From the NCBI GenBank assembly GCA_963728565.1, contig CAVSLC010000004.1, forward strand, positions 75,984 through 139,983: DNA of 64,000 bases. The letters are read 5' to 3'. The position numbers and the translations under genes are program-made. Below the pieces are notes generated by a model that saw only the letters and a list, made by a program, of their open reading frames with translations, searched no databases and was not told the origin of the DNA. Shown piece after piece: positions 51,904 to 61,099 of this stretch (its first letter is position 1; the number at the start of each line of letters is the position of its first letter). The DNA comes from an uncultured delta proteobacterium (GTDB lineage: Bacteria; Desulfobacterota; Binatia; UBA9968).

Positions 51904-52715
51904 AACGATCTTTGGCGCTGGCACTGTCTGCTCCGGTCATTGCCCTCTACTGCTTGCTTCCGTTCCTCTGGTTTGTTCTCACCTCGCTTAAGACTCCCGC
52001 CGAACTGGCGGCCATCCCACCTAGGCTGGTGCCGTCGCTTCACTGGGGTTTTTACCAGTCGGCCCTGTTCGAGCATGGCTTGGCTCGTTACGTCGGCAAC
52101 AGCCTGATCGTTGCCGGCACTGCCACCCTGATCAGCATTACCGTCGGGTCCATGGCCGCTTACGCCATCAGCCGTTTTCAACTGGCTTGGACAAGATTCT
52201 ACCTTCTGGCGCTGCTGGCGATCTCGATGTTTCCGCAGATCGCCATTGCCGGGCCGGTATGGAACATTCTTAACCATTTGGACTGGCTGAATACTTACCA
52301 TGGTCTGGTAACCGCCTACATCGCGCTTTCTCTGCCCCTGGCGATCTGGATTCTCACGACATTTTTTCGTGAAGTCCCGGTCGAAATCGAGGAGGCAGCC
52401 CTGATCGATGGTTGCAGCCGTCTGCAGGTTCTGCGCAAAGTAGTTTTGCCTCTGGCCGCGCCCGGAATTCTGACAGCGGCGTTGTTAGTCTTCATCCATA
52501 CCTGGAATGAGTTTTTCTTTGCTCTGATCATCATGACAGATCCGGACATCCAGACACTGCCGGTGGGCATCGCGCTCTTTCCCGGCGAATACACCATGCC
52601 TTGGGGAGAAATCGCCGCGGCTTCGACATTAGCGACTCTGCCGCTGATATTTCTGACGCTGTTTTTTCAGCGCGGGATCGTCAGAGGCTTGTCGGCGGGC
52701 GCCGTAAAAGGTTGA
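51900..52715 (+). CDS. Sugar ABC transporter permease
   Basis: EEAALIDG, WNEFFFAL, GAVKG C-terminus. Confidence 0.92.
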   Translation: MKRSLALALSAPVIALYCLLPFLWFVLTSLKTPAELAAIPPRLVPSLHWGFYQSALFEHGLARYVGNSLIVAGTATLISITVGSMAAYAISRFQLAWTRFYLLALLAISMFPQIAIAGPVWNILNHLDWLNTYHGLVTAYIALSLPLAIWILTTFFREVPVEIEEAALIDGCSRLQVLRKVVLPLAAPGILTAALLVFIHTWNEFFFALIIMTDPDIQTLPVGIALFPGEYTMPWGEIAAASTLATLPLIFLTLFFQRGIVRGLSAGAVKG

Positions 52716-52762
52716 AAAGCAAATGTACCCTGATCCGACAAAACCTGCAGCTGACTTAGTGA

Positions 52763-52911
52763 GCGAAGGCAGTGAGGCCGGAAGCCCTGGGCACCTGGGC
52801 GTACAGGTTGATGGCCAGCCCAACATAGGAAACATCGCCCTGATGGCGATTGCGAGTTGGCCCTCGAGGCAGTGTCCTATTGCCCACGGCTGGAGGGCTC
52901 ATCGCCTTTGC
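52763..52911 (+). ncRNA. Candidate structured RNA or palindromic element, copy B
   Basis: GCGAAGGC/GCCTTTGC, TGAG/CTCA, AGCC/GGCT, TGGGCA/TGCCCA arms with a GGA/GGA internal loop, enclosing nested hairpins. Confidence 0.5.
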
Positions 52912-52943
52912 GCTGCCGGAGTTCCACAACCGGAGGATTCCTT

Positions 52944-54023
52944 ATCGCAGCTCTAACCGTGCGTCGGCTCTCGAAGCGGTTCGGCGCCAATGAAATCCTG
53001 AAGGGCATCTCCTTTGAGGTCAGCGACGGCGAGTTTTGCATCCTTCTCGGACCTTCGGGTTGCGGTAAATCTACCCTCCTGCGGCTGATCGCCGGCTTGG
53101 AAAAGCCCAGCTCCGGAGAGATTCTTTTCGACAGCCAGCGTATCGAGCATCTGCCGCCGCGCGAGCGCAACATCGCCTTCGTCTTCCAAAGCTACGCGCT
53201 CTATCCGCACATGACCGTTTTCGACAACCTGGCTTTTTCTCTGAAGCTCCGCGGCGAGCCGGGCGCGGAGATCGCCGTCAAGGTAAGAGATGCGGCGCGC
53301 CTGCTCGAGATCGAAAACTTGATCGAGCGCCGGCCCCATAGCTTGAGCGGCGGGCAGCGTCAAAGAGTAGCGCTGGGGCGCGCGATCGTGCGCCAGCCGC
53401 AAATTTTCCTCTTTGATGAGCCGCTGTCGAATCTCGATGCTGCGCTGCGCGCCACCATGCGGGTGGAGCTGGCGCGATTGCACCGACGCCTTGGCACCAC
53501 GATTGTCTATGTCACACACGACCAGGCGGAGGCGCTGACGTTGGGCGAAAAAATTATCGTTCTGCACCAGGGAAGCATCCAGCAGATCGGCTCACCCTCG
53601 GACATTTATCAACGACCGGCGAACACCCAGGTCGCCTCATTCGTCGGCAGCCCGCAAATGAATCTGTTACGCGGCGCTGTGGACGAAGACGGATCGGTTT
53701 TTCACTGCGGCAATCTGGACCTGAACCTCGCAGCCATTTTCGCAAGACCGCTGCCGCAACTCGCCGGCAACGCAGTTGCGATTGGCATTCGCCCGGAGGA
53801 TCTGCAGCTGGCCGAGGCGGTTGGACAGAGCTGGATACGTGGTGAGGTCGAGATTATCGAGGATCTGGGCTCGGACCGCTTCCTTCACGCGAAATGCGCA
53901 GGTGTTGAACTAATCGCTCGGACCGGCAGAGAGTCGAACGTTAAACAAGGAGACATGGTCGGCTTCAGCGTCACCCCGGAGCAGGTACATGTCTTTAAGA
54001 ATGACCAGCGAATCGCTCCATGA
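52944..54023 (+). CDS. Sugar ABC transporter ATP-binding protein (MalK/UgpC-like)
   Basis: GPSGCGKST, FQSYALYPH, LSGGQRQR, DEPLSNLD; apparent ATC start 7 nt after GGAGG. Confidence 0.9.
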   Translation: MAALTVRRLSKRFGANEILKGISFEVSDGEFCILLGPSGCGKSTLLRLIAGLEKPSSGEILFDSQRIEHLPPRERNIAFVFQSYALYPHMTVFDNLAFSLKLRGEPGAEIAVKVRDAARLLEIENLIERRPHSLSGGQRQRVALGRAIVRQPQIFLFDEPLSNLDAALRATMRVELARLHRRLGTTIVYVTHDQAEALTLGEKIIVLHQGSIQQIGSPSDIYQRPANTQVASFVGSPQMNLLRGAVDEDGSVFHCGNLDLNLAAIFARPLPQLAGNAVAIGIRPEDLQLAEAVGQSWIRGEVEIIEDLGSDRFLHAKCAGVELIARTGRESNVKQGDMVGFSVTPEQVHVFKNDQRIAP

Positions 54024-54077
54024 CCTTTGGATTCAGGTATCCATTCCTGAGCTAAACAAACGAAAAAGTATTCAGCG

Positions 54078-54902
54078 ATGAGGCACGCCGGCGTCAGACC
54101 AGCGATTGGCTCGCTCCTGTTGCTCCTGGCCTGGGTCATTTTTCCACGGCCTAACCCCGCTGCCGAATTGAAGATCGCAGCCGGAGGGGCTGTGCTGATG
54201 AATGCGCAAACGGGAAAGATTATCCGGGCGCACAACCAAGATCTGCCGCTGCCGCCGGCAAGCACCGCCAAAATCTTAACGGCATTGGTCGTGCTCGATC
54301 ATAGCCGGATCAGCGACCTCGTCACTATTCCGGCCGAGGCGCTGCGCGTTTCCGGCGCGAACACACGACTCACAGCCGGAGAAAAGTTATCTGTCGGCGA
54401 TTTGCTTCATGCCATGCTGTTGGGCTCCGGCAACGATGCCGCGATTGCGCTGGCCCTTCATAGTGATGGTTCCATCGATAGTTTCGTTCAACGAATGAAT
54501 CATAAGGCGCATACACTGGGCGCGGTTCGTTCCCGCTTTTTTAATCCTACCGGCATGCCTCACCCGCAACAGCTGACCACCGCGCGGGATCTGGCGCTAA
54601 TCACCAAAGCCGCTCTTGAGAATTCGGAGTTCCGCAGGATTGTCGGCGAGAGAACATACCGCTGGAGGAGCAGAGGGTGGCAAGGCGCAATTAAAAATTC
54701 CAATAAATTGCTATCGAGTTACGACGGCGCCATCGGCGTGAAGACCGGCAACACCCGAGAAGCCGGCTATTGCCTTGTGGCAGCCGCCCAACGAGGCGGG
54801 CAAGTCTATATTGCGGTGGTTTTGAAGAGCGACGAAAAGTCCGTTTGGCAGGATGCCACGAAGCTACTCGATTATGGGTTCAAAAACGTGGCTTCATTTT
54901 AA
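54078..54902 (+). CDS. D-alanyl-D-alanine carboxypeptidase (peptidase S11)
   Basis: SxxK (ASTAK), SxN (SGN), KTG. Confidence 0.9.
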   Translation: MRHAGVRPAIGSLLLLLAWVIFPRPNPAAELKIAAGGAVLMNAQTGKIIRAHNQDLPLPPASTAKILTALVVLDHSRISDLVTIPAEALRVSGANTRLTAGEKLSVGDLLHAMLLGSGNDAAIALALHSDGSIDSFVQRMNHKAHTLGAVRSRFFNPTGMPHPQQLTTARDLALITKAALENSEFRRIVGERTYRWRSRGWQGAIKNSNKLLSSYDGAIGVKTGNTREAGYCLVAAAQRGGQVYIAVVLKSDEKSVWQDATKLLDYGFKNVASF

Positions 54903-55092
54903 TCCGACACAAGCGGTCCTTCAGAAAGCCGGACACTGTGTCAATCGGTGGATGCGCTCGGCTCGGCTTGACGTCACCCTGATAAACCGCTCCTAACAGG
55001 GTGCTATATTCGCACGGCATCTCGAAGTGAATGACAACTGCCAGCCATTCGTGATAGCAGGGACAGAAAACTGCTCAAGGAGAAGCGCGCCG

Positions 55093-55803
55093 ATGAAGAT
55101 ACTCTGCCGTGATTTAGACGCCGATAAAGATGGTATTCCGGGATACATCGCCCATCCCGAACGCAAAGAACCCGGCCCCGGAATATTGATCGTGCATCAT
55201 CACTACGGCGTCACCGGCCATCTCAAGTCGGTGACCTGCGATTTTGCCAAGCAGGGGTATACCACAGTCGCTCTCGGTATCTATAAGCTTCTCGGTGAAG
55301 CAGACGGGGTTCACGCCGCGCAGAAGAAAACCACCGACGGACAATTCGTCGAGGTGATTCAGCGAGGCTGGCGCTATCTGACCGGGAGAAACGATGTCGC
55401 CCCGAAACGCTGCGCTGTGGTCGGCTACTGCATGGGCGGTCGCATCGGCATCCACTTCGTCGCGGCCACTCCGGACGTGCGCAGCTTCGTAGGTTATTAC
55501 CCTTCCGTGCGCGATGAAGGGCCCAGCGAATTACGCCCGCGTCATCCTAACGACGCGGTCAAAGATTTCAAATGCCCGTCGCTCATCTTCTTTGGCGGCA
55601 ACGATCATGTGGCCAGCGTCGCCGTGCAGGATCGTCTGAAAACCAGCCTTCATGCCAATGGCCAACCACTGGATTGGCATTTCTTCCAGCACGCGGGTCA
55701 CGGCTTCGCTCTGGGCGACGGCGACTGCTACGATCCGCGGCTGGCCGGGCTTGCCTGGACGATAACGTCGGAGTTCCTGGAGCGGGAGTTGGGCAATGAT
55801 TAG
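55093..55803 (+). CDS. Dienelactone hydrolase family protein
   Basis: GYCMGG nucleophile elbow, GGND, AGHGF. Confidence 0.88.
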   Translation: MKILCRDLDADKDGIPGYIAHPERKEPGPGILIVHHHYGVTGHLKSVTCDFAKQGYTTVALGIYKLLGEADGVHAAQKKTTDGQFVEVIQRGWRYLTGRNDVAPKRCAVVGYCMGGRIGIHFVAATPDVRSFVGYYPSVRDEGPSELRPRHPNDAVKDFKCPSLIFFGGNDHVASVAVQDRLKTSLHANGQPLDWHFFQHAGHGFALGDGDCYDPRLAGLAWTITSEFLERELGND

Positions 55804-55923
55804 CCTGCTGAAAAAGCCTCATACGCTTCGTTACCCTCGCCCGATTCGCTTCAAAGTATGAAGCGTACGCCTCAGCTCATCGAACTTCGCGTGCCTCGCC
55901 TCTGAGTCTTTTTGAGCAGCCTA
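55801..55923 (+). mobile_element. Palindromic MITE-like element, intergenic copy
   Basis: TAGCCTGCTGAAAAA...TTTTTGAGCAGCCTA ends; interior closely similar to the reverse complement of 57076-57206. Confidence 0.75.
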
Positions 55924-55990
55924 TGATTCGATAGTTTTCAGTAAACTAGCAGAAGATACCCAGTTATGTGAAAGAGCAAATCCGCAGTGC

Positions 55991-56461
55991 CTATAGTTCC
56001 TTGTAGGCAAAAACTCGGAAGGGTTGATAGCCGAGTCGCTGCCAGGACACTGCCGCCAATTCGTTCTTGATCATATACGAAAGCTCGACCACGCCAACTT
56101 CCTTTTGCCGAAACCAATCTTCCGCGGCACTGAGCAGCTTAGCCGCGATGCCGCTGCGGCGGTTTGCCGGCTCGACCCAACAGATGGCGATGTGACCCGA
56201 CTTACCAACACGTGACGCCGAGAACGACGAGCTGCCGATACTGGCCAACAAGCAAGCGACAGGCGAACCTTCGGTTTCCTCCAGCAACGTGAGGGCGTCT
56301 TCGCGGCCGACATAACGCGCCACGTGATTGCGGATGGTCTCGTCGGGTGTTTCCGGCAGCCGCGCAATATAGAAATCCTGCTCGCCGGCTTTCATATGGC
56401 GGGCGATCTTCACATAGCACTCGGCAAGAAAGTCCAAATCGTTTTCGGTTGCTTGGCGCAT
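55991..56461 (-). CDS. GNAT N-acetyltransferase
   Basis: WVEPANRRSGIA motif A, NELAAVSWQRLGY. Confidence 0.8.
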   Translation of the reverse strand: MRQATENDLDFLAECYVKIARHMKAGEQDFYIARLPETPDETIRNHVARYVGREDALTLLEETEGSPVACLLASIGSSSFSASRVGKSGHIAICWVEPANRRSGIAAKLLSAAEDWFRQKEVGVVELSYMIKNELAAVSWQRLGYQPFRVFAYKEL

Positions 56462-56465
56462 GGAA

Positions 56466-56951
56466 CTATTTGAGCGGCATCGGCGCGACTGGATGATTTG
56501 GATCGATCCATGGGACGGGTTCCGGCTTCTCGGCGGCAGCTATATCCAGATTGATGACAATCGGTTCTTGATCGCTTCGAACCAACACGCAAAACAAAGG
56601 CTCGGCGGTGCTGGCATTGATCTCCTGATGCGGCACGAAGGGCGGTACAAAGATAAAATCGCCGGCTCTCGCCTCGGCGACATACTCCAGTGATTCGCCC
56701 CAGCGCATCCGGGCCTTGCCGCTGACCACATAGATGACGCTTTCCAATTCACCATGATGGTGCGGTCCGGTTTTGGCATCGGGATGGATCGTCACGGTGC
56801 CGGCCCAGAGTTTGGTTGCGCCGGTGCGCGCGTGGGTGATCGCGGCGGCGCGCGTCATGCCGGGAGTTTGCGCAGTATTGAGATCAAGCTGCGCGCTCGG
56901 AATAATCTTAACTCCATGCTCGCGCCAATTATGTTGGGATGCTGAGGCCAT
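56466..56951 (-). CDS. Cupin domain protein (RmlC-like)
   Basis: TPGMTRAAAI, TGPHHHGELE, PPFVPHQEIN. Confidence 0.88.
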   Translation of the reverse strand: MASASQHNWREHGVKIIPSAQLDLNTAQTPGMTRAAAITHARTGATKLWAGTVTIHPDAKTGPHHHGELESVIYVVSGKARMRWGESLEYVAEARAGDFIFVPPFVPHQEINASTAEPLFCVLVRSDQEPIVINLDIAAAEKPEPVPWIDPNHPVAPMPLK

Positions 56952-57016
56952 TTGTTTCCTCCTTTAGTTACAATCCAACTCCCAGACATGTTAGCACAAT
57001 GCGAATGCAGGGACGG

Positions 57017-58126
57017 CTATCGTCTCCCTGATATCAAGCGTTGCGTCTCCGAATCCCAGCGCCAGAGATTTTCCGTAGCAGGCTGCTCAAAAGACTTCAG
57101 AGGCAAGGCGTGCGAAGCTCGATGAGCTGAGACGTACGCTTCGGTACGTTGAAGCGAGTCGGGCGAGCGCAACGAAGCATATGAGGCCTTTTCAGCGGCC
57201 CTGCTAGTCAGATGAACACCGCCGAGCCATTTGTCAATGCCGTTAATTTCGATCCAGTCGAGTTCGTTCGCAAGCACCCTCTCGCCGGCCTGTGTGATGA
57301 CCATCTGTTGTTCATTGAATTCAGACCAGGATGCGCAAAGGCTTGGCAGCACAAACCCGCCATGAGAAGCGCGCAGCAATGGGCGCTCGCACTGGGTCAT
57401 TCTCGATACATAGAGCCAGAACAAACTATCTCCCATGAAGCGGCTTTCTTCGCATGCCTGGGCGGCGGCGAAAATCTTTCCCGGTTTACGGTTTCCGTCC
57501 TGCACGGCTTTGAGAATCGCTTCCTCCGTTCGATTCACTCCATTCTTTAATGAGGGGTATTGTTCGAGGTGCCGAAGTACCGATGCGCCAAGAAAAGGCA
57601 AAGCCGCTGAATCCATCGCCAACAAATTTTCCCAGCACTTAGGATCAGGAGAACAGAACGCCGACCAAGCTTTCACGCCAAGCTCCCGTTGTTCCGGCAG
57701 CACGGTTCGACGCAGTGGATAAAGCGCAGCAAGGGATTCCGGCTGCATCGTGCCCAGGTAGTCGCCGGCACAAATCATACTGAGAGAAGTATCGTTGAAA
57801 TCTTGACCGGCAAACCAGTCGAGTATCTGTAACAGCTGTAGCTGATCGTACAGGTCGTGCTCGAACCAGAGGATGACTTCTTGATATTCTCGAAAACAAG
57901 CGAGCTTGGTATCTCTAGCTCGAAACCCTGCCCATGCTTTCTCACGCGTCTGCCAGCCACAATCGGCGATGAATTGGGCGCGAACCTCCGACATCTGCGC
58001 AAGGGAAAGCCCGGCGGGGACCGGCCCTTCGTGCAATACATCACGCCACGGCAAGACCTCTCCGCCGAGGCCGGCTTTTTCCATGACGGTTACGGTGGCG
58101 TCGCCATTGGTAATGTGTAAGGTCAT
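57017..58126 (-). CDS. DUF1835-like protein carrying an in-frame 43-aa MITE-derived insertion
   Basis: LHITNGD, PWRDVLHEGP, LWFEHDLYDQLQL, IDKWLGGVHL...LWRWD. Confidence 0.8.
   Translation of the reverse strand: MTLHITNGDATVTVMEKAGLGGEVLPWRDVLHEGPVPAGLSLAQMSEVRAQFIADCGWQTREKAWAGFRARDTKLACFREYQEVILWFEHDLYDQLQLLQILDWFAGQDFNDTSLSMICAGDYLGTMQPESLAALYPLRRTVLPEQRELGVKAWSAFCSPDPKCWENLLAMDSAALPFLGASVLRHLEQYPSLKNGVNRTEEAILKAVQDGNRKPGKIFAAAQACEESRFMGDSLFWLYVSRMTQCERPLLRASHGGFVLPSLCASWSEFNEQQMVITQAGERVLANELDWIEINGIDKWLGGVHLTSRAAEKASYASLRSPDSLQRTEAYVSAHRASHALPLKSFEQPATENLWRWDSETQRLISGRR
57076..57206 (-). mobile_element. Palindromic MITE-like element inserted in frame in a CDS
   Basis: TA-flanked, terminal inverted repeats TAGCAGG(CT/GCC)GCTxAAAA, net 129 bp, homologous to 55801-55923. 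Confidence 0.8.
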
Positions 58127-58210
58127 CGGCAGTTATACCAGCTAGCGCGCCGGAAACGGCAACCGAAGAAAAGTCAATTTATCTATTGTCCATGACAACA
58201 GCGTCGCTAC

Positions 58211-59770
58211 CTACGGTTGGCTCGGCACTATCGGCGCCGGCATTCTGAAATCAATCGGATGAATGACTTTGGTGTACGGGTAGGGTTCGGTTTCGACGTG
58301 CCAATTCGCCCAGATTCTTCCTGAATCATCGGGTTCTAAGCTGAGCCAGTTCCTCGCGCCGACATAATGATGATGGGTTCCGGGAAACTCCAGCATCTCG
58401 CTGTAAAGGTCGCGGTCCAGTTCCATTTTCTTGCCGGTTACAGTTTCCAAGAAAAAAAGAACGACACCGGCCGGCGGCGGATGCACGATGCCCGAGGAGG
58501 TCAACTGATTGATCACTTGGGTGCTGGGATCATCTGCAGTCGAGCGGGTCGACTCGACGATGCCGAGAGCGCCGACGTGCACATCGCCGGAAAGAACCGT
58601 GACCCGGCATTTCTTGGCATCAGCAAAGGCCAGCAACCGGTGAACCAGCCGCAACCGTTCTTGGCGGTGAGGCACACTCAGCCACTGATCTCTGAGATCG
58701 TCTTCCAGCTCTTGGCGTCCAGGGAAAATTCCTAAAAGCTTCTCAAGCAGCGCAAACTCAGGATGCACCACTGGAATACTGGACATCAGCAACAGATGTC
58801 GAGCCGACGGGGTTTGCCTTCTTCTGCGCGGGGACGTTGCATCCAACCAATCGTAGATAGCCTTCCAAGATTCCGCACTGATGACCTGGCTCTTGGTTCT
58901 TTCGCTTCGCATGTCCAAGGCCAGCAGTGTCAGGCCGGCTATTTCAGCGCCGAGGCTAAAAGCCTGCTGCGCTTTGATCGACAGCGGGTGAGTCTCGTCG
59001 CGGCCAAGTTGCAACTGGTAGAGCGCAAAATATTCTCTCGCGATGGCAAATATTCCCTTGTAAACCTCACATTGCTGAAGTTCCGCTTCATACGATCCCC
59101 AACCGTCGAAGATATCGTGATCGTCCCACATCATGATGCTGGGCACTTGAGCAAGAACGCGCGCGGGCTCGGCTTGCGACCATCGCTCCACGTAGACCTC
59201 CGCGTAGAACTGATCCACCAGCGAGCGCATTTCATCGGTAAACGGCTGCTCGATCCGTTGTTCAAGCGGCAATCTCGCCCATTCCTGGAGCGGCATAAGC
59301 TTGTCCCACATCGAATCGCAATAAAGCTGATCTCCACCCATCATCAACAGATGATATGGCCTCGCCTCATGCTTTTCAGCAACCTGCCGCCACAATCGGT
59401 TGGCGTCTTTGGTCTGGTTCAGCAACTTCATACTGGAAAACCCGTTGCAGGATGCATAAAGCATGTTGGGAATGGCGTCGCGCGGCGGCACGACAAATAA
59501 ATTTTCCACACCGCCGACGGTGTAACTGACTGGCTGCGCGCGGGCACTCTGTTTGACGGCAAAATCGAAGCGCCAGACCTGGGAAGTCGGATTTGACTCG
59601 GGAAACGCTTTTAGAAGTTTCCCCGCCCGCTTGATTCCTTTCCTGTTGCCGCTCTGAAGAATCAATTCCGGCGGGTTGCTTGATATGTCGGTCACGATCA
59701 GCGCGCTTAAACTCCAACCAATCGTTGTCACTCCACGAAAACTAAGAATCGGCCCAAGAGATATTTTCAT
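58211..59770 (-). CDS. PhoD-like metallophosphatase family protein
   Basis: YASCNG, GGDQLYCD, WDDHDIFDGWGS, DMRSER, LSGDVH. Confidence 0.85.
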   Translation of the reverse strand: MKISLGPILSFRGVTTIGWSLSALIVTDISSNPPELILQSGNRKGIKRAGKLLKAFPESNPTSQVWRFDFAVKQSARAQPVSYTVGGVENLFVVPPRDAIPNMLYASCNGFSSMKLLNQTKDANRLWRQVAEKHEARPYHLLMMGGDQLYCDSMWDKLMPLQEWARLPLEQRIEQPFTDEMRSLVDQFYAEVYVERWSQAEPARVLAQVPSIMMWDDHDIFDGWGSYEAELQQCEVYKGIFAIAREYFALYQLQLGRDETHPLSIKAQQAFSLGAEIAGLTLLALDMRSERTKSQVISAESWKAIYDWLDATSPRRRRQTPSARHLLLMSSIPVVHPEFALLEKLLGIFPGRQELEDDLRDQWLSVPHRQERLRLVHRLLAFADAKKCRVTVLSGDVHVGALGIVESTRSTADDPSTQVINQLTSSGIVHPPPAGVVLFFLETVTGKKMELDRDLYSEMLEFPGTHHHYVGARNWLSLEPDDSGRIWANWHVETEPYPYTKVIHPIDFRMPAPIVPSQP

Positions 59771-59827
59771 CGTCGCTCTCCTATCTCCGACGTTGAGCGT
59801 TTGAACGTTGAAGTATTGAACAGCTGT

Positions 59828-61006
59828 TCAGACTGCCTGCCCCGCGGCATGGCCGGATGCCCAGGCCCATTGAAAATTGAATCCGCCGAGATGGCCGGTC
59901 ACATCGACCACCTCGCCGATTATATAAAGCCCGGGTATCTTTTTGGACTCCATGGTTGTCGAGGAAAGCTCATCGGTGTTGACGCCTCCTGCGGTCACCT
60001 CGGCGGTGCGGTACCCTTCCGTGCCGACCGGATGAAACGCCCATCCCTGTAGTTGGGCGGCAACCTGCCGCAGTTCGGCGGCGCGATACTGTCGCAGCGG
60101 CCGGCTGTCAAATCTGATCTCGGATAATCTCTGGGCCAGGCGCTTGGGAAATCTTTCGCCAAGCACATTTTTGAGTTCTGCCGCGGGCCGGGTCTGTTGC
60201 CGGTCCAGCAACCACTCGGCCCCATCGATGCTCGGCAAAAAATTCACGCGCAGCTCTTCGCCGTGTCTCCAGTAAGAAGATATTTGCAACATCGCCGGCC
60301 CGCTGATGCCGCGATGGGTAAACAGCATCGGGGCGGCAAAACTTTGACCGTTTGAACTTGCTTCGACCGGTAATCCAATGCCGGCTAAATCCTGATAGCG
60401 TGCCAGATCCTCTGCGCTGAACGTAAACGGCACCAGCGCCGGATAGGTCGGCACGATGCTATGCCCAAACCGTTTGGCGAGCTCATAACCGAAATCCGTG
60501 GCGCCCATCTTCGGGATCGACAGGCCGCCTGAAGCGATGACTAACGATGCCGAGTGAATCGGACCGCCGCCGGTCTCGATTATATAACCCTCGCCCGCTC
60601 GCTCCACGGATGTCACCGCGCCGTTTACCTCGATGCGGGCGCCGGCCTGCCGACATTCGTTCGCCAGCATCGTCACGATCAGCTTGGCCGAGTGATCGCA
60701 AAACAACTGGCCGCGCTCTTTTTCGTGATAGGCAATGCTATGGCGCTCCACCATGGCAATGAAGTCTGAAGGTGTATAGCGCGCCAGTGCTGATTTGCAG
60801 AAATGCCGATTAGCCGATAAAAAATTTTCCGGCGTAACATGCAGGTTGGTGAAGTTACAGCGGCCGCCGCCGGAGATGAGGATTTTTTTGCCGATCTGGC
60901 CGCTACGCTCGATCACCAGAACGCGACGGCGGCGTTTGCCCGCCTCGATGGCGCACATCAAACCGGCGGCGCCGCCGCCGATGATCACTACATCATAACG
61001 GTGCAT
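59828..61006 (-). CDS. HI0933/YhiN/BaiN-like flavoprotein
   Basis: GGGAAGL, KILISGGGRCNFTN, LFTHRGISGP, AEVTAGGV, GGFNFQWA. Confidence 0.93.
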   Translation of the reverse strand: MHRYDVVIIGGGAAGLMCAIEAGKRRRRVLVIERSGQIGKKILISGGGRCNFTNLHVTPENFLSANRHFCKSALARYTPSDFIAMVERHSIAYHEKERGQLFCDHSAKLIVTMLANECRQAGARIEVNGAVTSVERAGEGYIIETGGGPIHSASLVIASGGLSIPKMGATDFGYELAKRFGHSIVPTYPALVPFTFSAEDLARYQDLAGIGLPVEASSNGQSFAAPMLFTHRGISGPAMLQISSYWRHGEELRVNFLPSIDGAEWLLDRQQTRPAAELKNVLGERFPKRLAQRLSEIRFDSRPLRQYRAAELRQVAAQLQGWAFHPVGTEGYRTAEVTAGGVNTDELSSTTMESKKIPGLYIIGEVVDVTGHLGGFNFQWAWASGHAAGQAV

Positions 61007-61099
61007 CTATGAGGTGAGGGGCGCGACCGATAAAACCATTTATCGAAACCTGCAGATGAGGCTCGGCATTCGAAGATGGTATGCGATTGCTGCCGTTGG

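Noticed and set aside
52829-52850. GAAAC...CTGATGG resembling a hammerhead ribozyme core
   Set aside because: CTGATGG is not CUGANGA, and there is no room for stems I and III between the motifs.
52716-52930. 6S RNA, SRP RNA or TPP riboswitch as the identity of element B
   Set aside because: It lacks the SRP GGAAGGAAGCAGC loop, the TPP CTGAGA/ACCTGA pairing and a recognisable 6S central bubble.
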